64,000 bases of DNA from Solirubrobacteraceae bacterium (lineage in GTDB: Bacteria > Actinomycetota > Thermoleophilia > Solirubrobacterales > Solirubrobacteraceae): positions 1,389 through 65,388 of the forward strand of contig DATGKS010000068.1 in assembly GCA_035294545.1 (NCBI GenBank). The letters run 5' to 3'. Numbering within the stretch: the stretch's first letter is position 1; the number at the start of each line of letters is the position of its first letter. The position numbers and the translations under genes were made by a program. The notes under the pieces are model-generated. The model was not told the DNA's origin. It searched no databases and worked only from the letters and a program-made list of their open reading frames with translations. Positions 54,699 through 63,252 of the stretch are shown here, piece after piece.

Positions 54699-56932
54699 CA
54701 GGACCTCAACGGGCTCGGCGCCGCGGATGCCTGCAGGGGAAGGGTGATCGTGAACGTCGTTCCCTGCCCGGGGGCGCTCACGCAGTCAAGCGAGCCGCCG
54801 TGGCGATTGATGGTCGCCAGCGCCAGCGCGAGCCCCTGCCCGGTCCCCTTGCCGATGGGTTTCGTGGTGAAGAACGGCTCGTAAATGCGATCGAGAAGGC
54901 CGGCGGGGATGCCCGGGCCGGTATCCGCGATATCGATGACGATGCACTCGTCGCGCTGCTGGGTGCGGACCGTGATCTTCCCGCGCTCGGCCCCCTGGGC
55001 GACCTGCTCCTCGAGGGCCTGGGCGGCGTTGATGATGAGATTGAGAAACACCTGGTTGAGCTCGGAGATGTTGCACACGATCTCCGGCAGGGGGCTCAGA
55101 TCGACCGTGACGTCGGCCACGTACTTGTATTCGTTGCGACACACCACAAGCGTCGTTTGCAGACCTTCGTTGATATCCGCTGGTGCCACCTCACCGGCGC
55201 CGGCGTGTGAGAAGCGCTTCATCGCCTGCACGATTGAGCGAACCCGGCCTATTCCGTCGACCGTGCGCTCGAAGGCTCCGGGGATGCGCTCCCGCAGGTA
55301 CTCGAGGTCAGCTTCCTGCTCGGCGTCGCAGATGGCTCGGCGACGCTGCTCAAGGGAAGCCGGCCCGTCTGAATACAACGTTTCGTGATACACGTCGGTC
55401 AGGTTGAGCAGGTCCGCCACCGCCTCGCGCAGGAAGCTCACGGAATCGCCCACGAACTGCAGGGGCGTATTGATTTCGTGCGCGATTCCGGCGGCGAGCT
55501 GACCGACGGCTGCCAGGCGCTGAGACAGCCGGCGGTCCGCCTCGAGACGGTCAAGCTCTCGTCCGACGGTGGCATCAACCTCGACGAGCCCGCGGCCGAG
55601 GGCAGACCCCAGCTCCGGGACACGATCGGCGGGATCGGCGGCCGTTCGCAACGCGGCGAGGCGATTCGTCCGCGGTCGCTCAGCCGAGGCGACGACAGTC
55701 CACTCTCGCCATGGCGCCGGCCCACTTCCCGTGCACCATCTGGCGATCGTGCCGCGATCGCTGCTGGGGCGGCCGAGCAGGTATCCCTGGGCGGCGTCGA
55801 TCCCAAGGTGGCTGACAGCTTCCAGGTCCTCTGGACGCTCGATGCCCTCGGCGATGATGCCGGCCCCGAGCTCTCGAGCGAGAGCGACAAAGGACCCCAC
55901 CGCCACTCGGCGTGCACCGTCCTCAGCCAGCCCGTCGATCAGCCAGCGATCCAACTTGATGAAGTCCGGTCGCAGCTCCAGGATGTGGCGCAACGACGCG
56001 TATCCGGCGCCGGCGTCATCCACCGCGATCCGCAGCCCGCGCTCCCGCCACGGCTGCAGCTCCTTGCGCAGGCTCGCGTACGCGGAGATCGCAGCATGCT
56101 CTGTCACCTCCACGACGAGCCGTGGCAGCGGCAGCATTCCATCGCGCCACATCTGCTCCCAGGGCGTGCAGTCGAGCAGCGCAGCGGGGCTGATGTTCAA
56201 GGTGAGCAGGTGGCCGGCGGACAGCGTCGGCAGGATCTCCAGCGCTCGACGCACGACCGTGACCTCCAACTGGACCCCGAGTCCGATTCGCTCCGCCGCT
56301 CCGAAAGCCTGCGGCGGACTCCGATAGGGCTCCGGGAAGCGCGCGAGCGCCTCCAGGCCGATGCACTCGCCGGTGACCATGTCAACGATCGGCTGGTAGG
56401 CCACGTCGAATCCACCATCGGTGATGAAGCGCTCGATATCACGCAGCATCGTCTTGCGGCGGCTGTGTTCCTCCGCGTCGAAGACGAGGAGTCCCGCGAG
56501 CAGCGACAGCGTCTTCACCGCCGACTGATCGAGATCCGGCCGGGGCGTGTGGCTCACCGCCGAAAGGGCACCCCACAGCGCCCCATCCGGATGTCGGACC
56601 GGAACCCCGACATACGCGGCGATGTGCGCGCGCGAGGTGATCTCGAGGTCGGCGACGCGTTCCTCCGTACCGGTATCGCGGATCAGGTTAGGCAGGCGAC
56701 CCGCGGCCATCTGATGGCTGTAGCTGTTCTGGATGGCCAGCGCATCCTCGGGGACAACGCGAAACGACGAGGTCGCTCCGGTGCACGCGCGGCACTGCTG
56801 CCAGCCGTCGCGGAACTCCCACAGATACACGGCGTCCACCCCCAGCTGCACGAGCGCGAAGTCGAGAATCCGCTCAAGCCTGAGCTGATCAGGACTCGTC
56901 GAAGCTTCCGGTCGAAAGGGCAGAGAGCTCAT
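54698..56932 (-). CDS. GAF-EAL-histidine kinase fusion protein
   Basis: EAL motifs are all present: YQPIV, GLEALAR, NISP, EVTE, DDAGAGYASL, KLD, EGIE and AQGY. These are followed by HisKA (AAGIAHEINTPL) and HATPase (GKGTGQGLALA). The start is taken at ATG 56932; the track gives GTG 56962. A/T-ending codons are frequent. Confidence 0.85.
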   Translation of the reverse strand: MSSLPFRPEASTSPDQLRLERILDFALVQLGVDAVYLWEFRDGWQQCRACTGATSSFRVVPEDALAIQNSYSHQMAAGRLPNLIRDTGTEERVADLEITSRAHIAAYVGVPVRHPDGALWGALSAVSHTPRPDLDQSAVKTLSLLAGLLVFDAEEHSRRKTMLRDIERFITDGGFDVAYQPIVDMVTGECIGLEALARFPEPYRSPPQAFGAAERIGLGVQLEVTVVRRALEILPTLSAGHLLTLNISPAALLDCTPWEQMWRDGMLPLPRLVVEVTEHAAISAYASLRKELQPWRERGLRIAVDDAGAGYASLRHILELRPDFIKLDRWLIDGLAEDGARRVAVGSFVALARELGAGIIAEGIERPEDLEAVSHLGIDAAQGYLLGRPSSDRGTIARWCTGSGPAPWREWTVVASAERPRTNRLAALRTAADPADRVPELGSALGRGLVEVDATVGRELDRLEADRRLSQRLAAVGQLAAGIAHEINTPLQFVGDSVSFLREAVADLLNLTDVYHETLYSDGPASLEQRRRAICDAEQEADLEYLRERIPGAFERTVDGIGRVRSIVQAMKRFSHAGAGEVAPADINEGLQTTLVVCRNEYKYVADVTVDLSPLPEIVCNISELNQVFLNLIINAAQALEEQVAQGAERGKITVRTQQRDECIVIDIADTGPGIPAGLLDRIYEPFFTTKPIGKGTGQGLALALATINRHGGSLDCVSAPGQGTTFTITLPLQASAAPSPLRS

Positions 56933-57023
56933 CACGAAATTGGCTCGAATAGGCTGCGGCACTCAATGAGGTTTCAGCGCTGCGCCCCCTTTGATCGGCA
57001 GCCCGCAGAGATCCCTGAGCAAA

Positions 57024-57048
57024 CTGGATTCGGAGGGTCCGAATCCGG
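57024..57048 (-). terminator. Hairpin downstream of tRNA-Gly
   Basis: GGATTCGGA-GGG-TCCGAATCC forms a perfect 9-bp stem, extendable to 11 bp. On the minus strand it is followed by TTTGCTC. Confidence 0.45.
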
Positions 57049-57220
57049 ACCGCGCGCCTGCTTTGAGGAGGACGCCCCGACCCAGCCGATCGCGCCGCAT
57101 GAGGCGGTGGAAGCCTCCGTACGCTCACTGAGCCAGAGGGGGTCTGCCCGGTTGCGGGGTCGGCTCGCGGCAGAGAGTCACGAATCTGGAGCTCGCGACC
57201 GCGCTCAGCCTTCGCCAGAG

Positions 57221-57293
57221 AGCGAACGACGGGCCTCGAACCCGCGACCTTCGGCTTGGGAAGCCGACGCTCTACCAACTGAGCTACGTTCGC
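57221..57293 (-). tRNA. tRNA-Gly (anticodon CCC)
   Basis: The cloverleaf was folded by hand. Acceptor: GCGAACG/CGTTCGC. D arm: GCTC-AGTTGGTA-GAGC. Anticodon arm: TCGGC-TTCCCAA-GCCGA. T arm: GCGGG-TTCGAGG-CCCGT. No CCA is encoded. Confidence 0.85.
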
Positions 57294-57430
57294 GCCGCGG
57301 AGTCGGATTTTAGGCGGCCCGGGCGGGGCGCGTCGACCCGATCGGCTGTCCGCGCACAGACGGAGCGGGCCTCGCGAGACGGCGAAACCGCGGCGTGCAC
57401 GGGCAGGCTCGCTCTACCATCGAACCGTCC

Positions 57431-57985
57431 ATGAAGAGGTTCGTGATCCCCGTTGGGGTGGTCGCCGCGGCCGTGGCCCTCATCGCGCTGCTCACCTGGG
57501 GGGTCTCGACGCACGCGGACACCGGCTCGATCGACTCGCGGGTGGCGCGCCACGACTATCCGCTCGTTCCGGGCTATCGCCAGCGGCTGCCGCTGCTCGG
57601 GACCAACCGGACGGCGTCGCTCGCCTCGTTCGGCGGACACTGGGTGCTGCTCAACGTATACGCCTCATGGTGCGAGCCGTGCCACGCGGAGGCGCCGCTG
57701 ATGGCCCGGGAGCAGCGGGTGCTCGCCGACCACCACGCGCGGCTCGTGGGCCTCACGTACCAGGACGCCGTATCGGCGACCCAGGCGTTCAACCGTCACT
57801 ACGGCCTGCATGAACCGGTGCTCCGCGACCTGAGCGGCAACTTCGTGCACAACCTCGGCACCTACGCCGTTCCCGAGTCGTTCGTGATCAATCCGCAGGG
57901 ACGGATCGTGGCTCTGATACGTGAGGAGATCTCGGCGAAGTGGCTGAACCAGACGGTGCTCCCGCTCATCTCCGGACAAGCATGA
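57431..57985 (+). CDS. Thiol:disulfide oxidoreductase, TlpA/ResA/CcmG family
   Basis: 184 aa from ATG 57431. A signal anchor is followed by a thioredoxin fold with WCEPC. Confidence 0.8.
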   Translation: MKRFVIPVGVVAAAVALIALLTWGVSTHADTGSIDSRVARHDYPLVPGYRQRLPLLGTNRTASLASFGGHWVLLNVYASWCEPCHAEAPLMAREQRVLADHHARLVGLTYQDAVSATQAFNRHYGLHEPVLRDLSGNFVHNLGTYAVPESFVINPQGRIVALIREEISAKWLNQTVLPLISGQA

Positions 57986-58479
57986 GCCGGTCCGTCCGCA
58001 CGCGCGCCTCGCTCGTCGCCGTCATGCTCGCCGTCCTCGCTCTCGGGGCCGCGCGGATCGCGCCGACCGCGCACGCGGCGGGCCACGCGAGGGTCTCGTT
58101 CACCCAGGCCCAGCAGCAGTTCAACTGCCTGATCTGCCACGAGCCGCTGAACGAGGCGCGCTCGGCGCAGGCCGACCAGGAGAACGCGCTGCTGCGCAGG
58201 CTGATCGCGCGCGGGGACACGATGGCCCAGATCAGGCGCACGATGGTCGCCAACTACGGGGTCGGGGTGCTCGCCAACCCGCCGAAGCGCGGGTTCGCGG
58301 TGCTGATCGTCGTCGTGCCCGTCGCCGTGATCGCGCTCGGAATCGTCGTGCTCGCCTACACGATCCCGCGCTGGCGCCGGCGCGCCGCCGAGCAGGAGCG
58401 CGCGCCCCACGGCGAGCCGCTTCAGCTGAGCGAGGCCGACCGCCGCCGGCTCGCCGCCGACCTCGCGCGCCACGACTGA
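57982..58479 (+). CDS. ccmH: Cytochrome c-type biogenesis protein CcmH/NrfF
   Basis: 165 aa from ATG 57982 (ATGA overlap). A CxxC motif (NCLICHEPLNEA) is followed by TMAQIRRTMVANYGVGVLANPP and a TM segment. Confidence 0.8.
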   Translation: MSRSVRTRASLVAVMLAVLALGAARIAPTAHAAGHARVSFTQAQQQFNCLICHEPLNEARSAQADQENALLRRLIARGDTMAQIRRTMVANYGVGVLANPPKRGFAVLIVVVPVAVIALGIVVLAYTIPRWRRRAAEQERAPHGEPLQLSEADRRRLAADLARHD

Positions 58480-58497
58480 CGGCCGGGGCCCCGGCCC

Positions 58498-58640
58498 CAC
58501 TCGGCACGCTGCGGCTCACCGCGGTCAGTTTCCGCCCCCGTCCGGCACGCTGCGGCTCACCGCGGTCAGTTTCGCCCCCACTCGGCACGCCGCGGCCACC
58601 GCGGTCAGTTTCCGCCCCCGTCCGGCACGCCGCGGCGCTC
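58498..58640. repeat. About 3.5 tandem copies of a 40-41-nt intergenic repeat
   Basis: The anchor GGCACGC occurs at 58503, 58544, 58584 and 58624. Each unit contains the 8-bp palindrome ACCGCGGT. The array lies between the convergent ccmH and argS genes. Confidence 0.85.
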
Positions 58641-58646
58641 CCAGGC

Positions 58647-60356
58647 CTACATCGAGTCGGGAGCGCTCACCCCGAGCAGGAACAGCGCCTGCGCGATCAC
58701 CTGGCGGGACGCCTGCGAGAGCGCGATCCGGCAGGCCTCGACCGACGCCGGCTGGGCGCCGATCACCTTGCAGTCCCGGTAGAACGCGGTGAAGTGCTGC
58801 GCGAGCTCGAGCGCGTAGGCGGCGATCCGGTGCGGCGCCCGACGCTCGGCCGCCTCGGCGACCTCGTCGGGAAACTCGGCGAGCATGCGCACGAGCGCCC
58901 GCTCGGCCTCCTCGAGCGACGGCGCGTCATCCCCGGCGGCCCATCCCTCGCCCTCGAGCGCGGCGGTCACCCGCGTCGCGTCGAGCTTTGAGAGCATCGT
59001 CACGATCCGCGCGTGGGCGTACTGGATGTAGTAGACGGGGTTCTCGCTCGATTGCTTGCGGGCGAGGTCGAGATCGAGGTCGACGGTGCGGTCGTGCGAG
59101 CGCTGGAGCATGAAGAAGCGCGTCGCGTCGACGCCGATCTCGGCGGTGAGCTCATCGAGCGTGATGAAGTCACCGCGACGCTTGGAGAACGCGGCGCGCT
59201 CCTTACCCTCGACGAGATGGACGAACTGCAGGATCGGCATCTCGAGCCGGTCCGGGTCGCCGCCGAGCGCGGCGAATGCCGCCTTCATCCGCGGCACGTA
59301 CCCGTGGTGATCGGCGCCCACCGGGATGATCTGGCGGTCGTAGCCGCGCTCGAGCTTCTCCAGCAGGTAGCCGAGGTCGCCGGCGAGGTACGTGGGCTCG
59401 CCGCCGGTGCGCCGCAGCACCCGGTCCGCATCGTCGCCGAACGCGGTCGAGCGCAGCCAGAGCGCCCCGTCGGATTCGTAGGACTGGCCGCCGCCGGCGA
59501 CGATCTCCAGCGCGCGTTCGACGTAGGAGGGCGAGCCCTCGTGAACGGTCCGCTCGGAGAAGAAGCGGTCGTAGTGCACGCCGTAGCGCTCGAGCGACTC
59601 CTTGATCTCCTCGATCAGCAGCGCCGCCGCGGCGCTTCCCGCCTCCGCAGGCGACATCTCGGTCAGGTCCTCGATCCGGCCCGCAAGCTCGGCGACGTAC
59701 TCGCCCTGGTAGCCGTCCTCCGGCGGCGCCTCGCCCCGCGCCCGGGCGATAACCGATTCGCCGAGGCGGGTGATCTGCCCGCCGGCGTCGTTGAAGTAGT
59801 ACTCGCGCCACACGTCGTGGCCGTGATGGGCGAGGATCCGGCCGAGCGCGTCCCCATAGGCGGCCGACTGGCCGTTGGCGGCGACCATCGGGCCGGTCGG
59901 GTTGGCGGAGACGAACTCCAGCAGCACCCGTTCGGCTCCCCCGGCGCGCAGCGCCCCGCCGCCGCCGAAAGACTGGCCGGCGCGGAGCACCGCGGCGAGC
60001 GCGTCGCGGTACCAGCCGTCGCTCATCGTGAGGTTGACGAACCCCGGGCCGGCGATCTCGAACGACGCGAGATCCGCACCGAGCTCGCGCGCGAGCGCGG
60101 CCCCGACGGTTTCGGCGATCTCGCGCGGCCCCGACCCGAGCGCGGGCGCGAGCAGCATCGCGACGTTCGTCGAGTAGTCCCCCTGGCCGGCGCGCCGCGG
60201 CCGACCGACCTGAAGCCCTGCGGGCGGCTCGGCGCCCGCCGGCGCCTGCACGTCGCCGCTGCGCGCCGCGATCGCCACGCGGGTGACGGCCCGCCGCAGG
60301 GACCCGACGGGATCCGTGCCGTCGCCCGATCCGCCGCCGGCGGCCCGCGCGCTCAC
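58647..60356 (-). CDS. argS: Arginine--tRNA ligase (HIGH motif degenerate)
   Basis: 569 aa. It has the Arg_tRNA_synt_N region, the catalytic core (VSANPTGP..., YYFNDAGGQI, FSKRRG) and the DALR anticodon-binding C-terminus ending in M. Confidence 0.85.
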   Translation of the reverse strand: MSARAAGGGSGDGTDPVGSLRRAVTRVAIAARSGDVQAPAGAEPPAGLQVGRPRRAGQGDYSTNVAMLLAPALGSGPREIAETVGAALARELGADLASFEIAGPGFVNLTMSDGWYRDALAAVLRAGQSFGGGGALRAGGAERVLLEFVSANPTGPMVAANGQSAAYGDALGRILAHHGHDVWREYYFNDAGGQITRLGESVIARARGEAPPEDGYQGEYVAELAGRIEDLTEMSPAEAGSAAAALLIEEIKESLERYGVHYDRFFSERTVHEGSPSYVERALEIVAGGGQSYESDGALWLRSTAFGDDADRVLRRTGGEPTYLAGDLGYLLEKLERGYDRQIIPVGADHHGYVPRMKAAFAALGGDPDRLEMPILQFVHLVEGKERAAFSKRRGDFITLDELTAEIGVDATRFFMLQRSHDRTVDLDLDLARKQSSENPVYYIQYAHARIVTMLSKLDATRVTAALEGEGWAAGDDAPSLEEAERALVRMLAEFPDEVAEAAERRAPHRIAAYALELAQHFTAFYRDCKVIGAQPASVEACRIALSQASRQVIAQALFLLGVSAPDSM

Positions 60357-61432
60357 GAGGACGCTCCCGCGACCGCGGGCTGGAACTGGGCCTCGAGCGC
60401 CTCAAGCGCCTCCGGATGCCCGATCGCGACGAGCATGTCGCCGGCCTCGAGCACGCGCTCGGGCGAGGGCTGGTGCTCGAGGCGTCCGTCGGTGTGGCGC
60501 ACCGCGACGACGACCGCCTCGCCGCTCACCGCCCCGATCGACCGGCCGATGCCCGGACACGCGGCCGGCACCTCGATCTCCTCCATCCGGTAGTCGGCGA
60601 CCTGCACGGCGCCGCCGACCTGCGGGCGCAGCGCCGTGCGCACCATCTCCGAGCCGGAGATCTTGTACGGGGAGATGACGCGGTCCGCGCCGGCGCGCCG
60701 GAGCTTCTTCTCGGAGTCCTCGGCCGACGCGCGCGCGACGATGAACACCCCGGGCGCGAGCTCCCGCGCGGTGAGCGCGATGAAGATGTTCTCCGCATCG
60801 GAGTCGACGCAGGCGATGATGGCGCGCGCCCGCGCGATCCCGGCCTCGATCAGCGCCTCGTCGTCGGCGGCGTAGCTCTGGATGAAGCTCACCCCGATCG
60901 ACTCCGCCATCTCGCGATTGGCCGGATCGGCGTCGATCGCCACGTGGGGCACGCCCGCCTCGCGCAGGTCGTGCGAGACCTGTCGTCCGACGCGGCCGAA
61001 GCCGCACACGATGATGTGGTCGGTGAAGGAGTCGATCATGCGCTGGGTGCGTCGCTGTTCGAGCAGGCCGCTCAGCTGGCCGGTCACGAAGAACTCGGCG
61101 ACCGTCGCCAGCCCGTAGAAGAGCGTACCTATGCCGAATATCTCAAGCAGGACGACGACGACCCGCCCGGCGCTCGAATGCGGGTCCTGGATCGAGCCGA
61201 GCGTCGTCACCGTGTCGAGCGTCCACACGAAGCCGTAGGCGACCGACACGCCGTCGGTGATCGAGAACGCGATGGAGCCCGCGATCACGAGCGCGGCGAG
61301 CGCGAGCAGGAGCACGGCGAGGCGGCGGGTGAACATCCGCAGTTCGCGGCGGGCGATGTCGCGCTGCGCGAGCGCCTGTCGTCGTCGCTCGACGGACTCC
61401 TCGTGCCCGACGAGCCAGTCCCGTTCCACCAT
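60353..61432 (-). CDS. Potassium-channel-family protein with RCK (TrkA-N/TrkA-C) domains
   Basis: 359 aa from ATG 61432. A 2-TM pore module is followed by IIVCGFGRVGRQV (Rossmann) and TrkA-C. The filter reads TVTTLGSIQD. Confidence 0.85.
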   Translation of the reverse strand: MVERDWLVGHEESVERRRQALAQRDIARRELRMFTRRLAVLLLALAALVIAGSIAFSITDGVSVAYGFVWTLDTVTTLGSIQDPHSSAGRVVVVLLEIFGIGTLFYGLATVAEFFVTGQLSGLLEQRRTQRMIDSFTDHIIVCGFGRVGRQVSHDLREAGVPHVAIDADPANREMAESIGVSFIQSYAADDEALIEAGIARARAIIACVDSDAENIFIALTARELAPGVFIVARASAEDSEKKLRRAGADRVISPYKISGSEMVRTALRPQVGGAVQVADYRMEEIEVPAACPGIGRSIGAVSGEAVVVAVRHTDGRLEHQPSPERVLEAGDMLVAIGHPEALEALEAQFQPAVAGASS

Positions 61433-61434
61433 GG

Positions 61435-61845
61435 TCAGTAGTGGTAGGGCTCGCCGGCGATGATCTTGTGCGCGCGGTAGAGCTGCTCGAGGAGCACGAC
61501 CCGCGCGAGCTGGTGGGGCAGTGTCATCGCCCCCAGCGACAGCGCGTGGTCGGCGCCGTCCACGCGCAGGCCGCCGAACGGGCCGCCGATCACGAAGCAG
61601 AGGTCCCGGCCGCTCAGCCGCCGCTCCTGCACCCACGTCGCGAACCGCTCGGAGTCGAACCCCTCGCCGGTCGCGTCGAGCACCGAGGTGAACGCCCGCT
61701 CCGGAACGCGCCGCGCGACCGCGGCGTCGTCGCGCACCTCGATCAGCTCGAGCCGCGCATGCCCTGCGAGCAGCCGCTGGTAGTGCTGGACGTCATCGGC
61801 GAATGGCGGGCGCAGCTTTCCCACGGCAACGACGGTGATCCGCAC
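61435..61845 (-). CDS. rlmH: 23S rRNA (pseudouridine1915-N3)-methyltransferase
   Basis: 136 aa from GTG 61845. Contains FVIGGPFG and TLPHQLARVVLLEQLYRA. Confidence 0.9.
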   Translation of the reverse strand: MRITVVAVGKLRPPFADDVQHYQRLLAGHARLELIEVRDDAAVARRVPERAFTSVLDATGEGFDSERFATWVQERRLSGRDLCFVIGGPFGGLRVDGADHALSLGAMTLPHQLARVVLLEQLYRAHKIIAGEPYHY

Positions 61846-61944
61846 GATGGGACTGTACCCGGGGAGGTTGACCCCCGGTTGGGGGCCGACACTCGGGGGG
61901 TCGCCGGGGGCGGAGGCCGCGGCTGGCGGCATACTACGAGCCAT

Positions 61945-62292
61945 ATGAGCGATCCGAATCAGCCCGAGCGCCACATCAACATCCATTTCGCGCCGGAGGT
62001 CATGGCCGGCCACTACTCGAACTTCGCGAACGTCAGCCACTCCGACTACGAGTTCACGCTCACGTTCGCCCGCGTCGACCATGAGGTCGAGGACGCGGAG
62101 ATCCCCGGCGTGGTCGTTTCGCGCATCAACCTCTCGCCGAAGTTCATGCGGGAGCTGATCGACGCGATGGAGGACAACTTCTCCAAGTGGCAGACCCGTG
62201 AGGGCATCAAGAACCTGCCCGAGTACGGACCCGGCGGCGGGGTCACCGGCACCGGGGGCCAGCCGGGCGAGTACACCGACGACGAGGCCTGA
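61945..62292 (+). CDS. DUF3467-family protein
   Basis: 115 aa from ATG 61945. Contains YSNFANVSHSDYEFTLTFARV. Confidence 0.75.
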   Translation: MSDPNQPERHINIHFAPEVMAGHYSNFANVSHSDYEFTLTFARVDHEVEDAEIPGVVVSRINLSPKFMRELIDAMEDNFSKWQTREGIKNLPEYGPGGGVTGTGGQPGEYTDDEA

Positions 62293-62295
62293 GCG

Positions 62296-63252
62296 CTGAC
62301 CGACACGGCCGGGGACGCCGCCGCGCAATCCGTCGCGACCTGCGGTGTCCTGCTTCCCACGTTCGACCCGACGCGCACCGGCGCGCGCCTGCCGATCGCC
62401 GAGGCGGCGCGCCAGGCCGAGGAGCTCGGATTCGACGCGCTCTGGGCGGGCGACCATCTCGCCTGCCCCGCGCCCGGGCTCGACGCCCCGGCGGCGCTCG
62501 CCGCCGCCGCGGCGGTGACCGAGCGGATCGGGCTTGGTTTCAGCGTCATGCTGCTCGGACTCCGGGCCCCCGCATGGTCGGCGAAGCAACTCCAGACGAT
62601 CGACCATCTCGCCGGTCCCGGACGGCTTCGGCTCGGCGTCGGGGTCGGCGGCGAGTTCCCCGAGGAGTTCGAGGCCGCGGGCGTGAACGTGCGCCAGCGG
62701 GGGGCGCGCCTCGACGACGCGCTCGACGTGCTCCCCGGCCTGCTGCGCGGCGAGCCGGTCGAGCACACCGGCCGCGCCCTCAGCGTCCGCTCCCCCGCGC
62801 TCGGCCCGGCGGTGAGCGCGCTTCCCCCGATCTACGTCGGCGGGCGCGGGGAGCCGGCGCTCCGCCGCGCCGCCCGCGTGGGCGAGGTCTGGCTGCCGAT
62901 GTGGCTCTCCCCGGCAAGGGTGGCCGAGCGCTCCACCCAGCTGGCGGAGATCGCGCGTGAGCATGACCGCCCCGCCCCCCGCACCGCCCTGCTCGTGCTC
63001 ATCCGAATCGACGACGACCGCGCCGCCGCGCGCGGGGTCGCCGACGCCCACCTGCGGGGGCAGTATCGGATGGGGCTCGACCCGGTCGAGCGCTGGACCG
63101 TGCTGGATAGCATCGACGGCGCCGTGGAGACGCTCAGCGAATACCGGGCGGTCGGGGTCTCCGAGTTCCTGCTGCTGCCGCTCGGTCCGGACGCGCTTCA
63201 CCAGTACGAGCCACTCGCCGAGGCGGCCGCCCGGCTGCGCGCCGCTTCGTGA
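62296..63252 (+). CDS. Luciferase-like (LLM-class, probably F420-dependent) oxidoreductase
   Basis: The frame is open from 62293. The N-terminal LLM part (GVLLPTFDP...AEELGFDALWAGDHL) lies upstream of the track start at 62515. The only in-frame start candidate near the 5' end is CTG 62296, so the start is uncertain. Confidence 0.7.
   Translation: MTDTAGDAAAQSVATCGVLLPTFDPTRTGARLPIAEAARQAEELGFDALWAGDHLACPAPGLDAPAALAAAAAVTERIGLGFSVMLLGLRAPAWSAKQLQTIDHLAGPGRLRLGVGVGGEFPEEFEAAGVNVRQRGARLDDALDVLPGLLRGEPVEHTGRALSVRSPALGPAVSALPPIYVGGRGEPALRRAARVGEVWLPMWLSPARVAERSTQLAEIAREHDRPAPRTALLVLIRIDDDRAAARGVADAHLRGQYRMGLDPVERWTVLDSIDGAVETLSEYRAVGVSEFLLLPLGPDALHQYEPLAEAAARLRAAS

Noticed and set aside
52261-57293. 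A genomic island integrated at tRNA-Gly
   Set aside because: Composition and position are suggestive. However, I found no integrase, no mobility gene, and no direct repeat of the tRNA 3' end at the far side (about 52.0-52.3 kb) by eye. It is reported only as a hint inside the signalling-cluster finding.
55385-57313. A 642-aa plus-strand ORF, and the 129-aa minus-strand ORF at 56889-57278
   Set aside because: The first is antisense to the GAF-EAL-kinase gene and then reads through the tRNA-Gly gene. The second overlaps the tRNA. Neither has protein-like features.
58498-58640. A possible CRISPR array
   Set aside because: The units are directly adjacent with no unique spacers, there are only about 3.5 copies, and there are no cas genes in the window. 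It is a plain tandem repeat.
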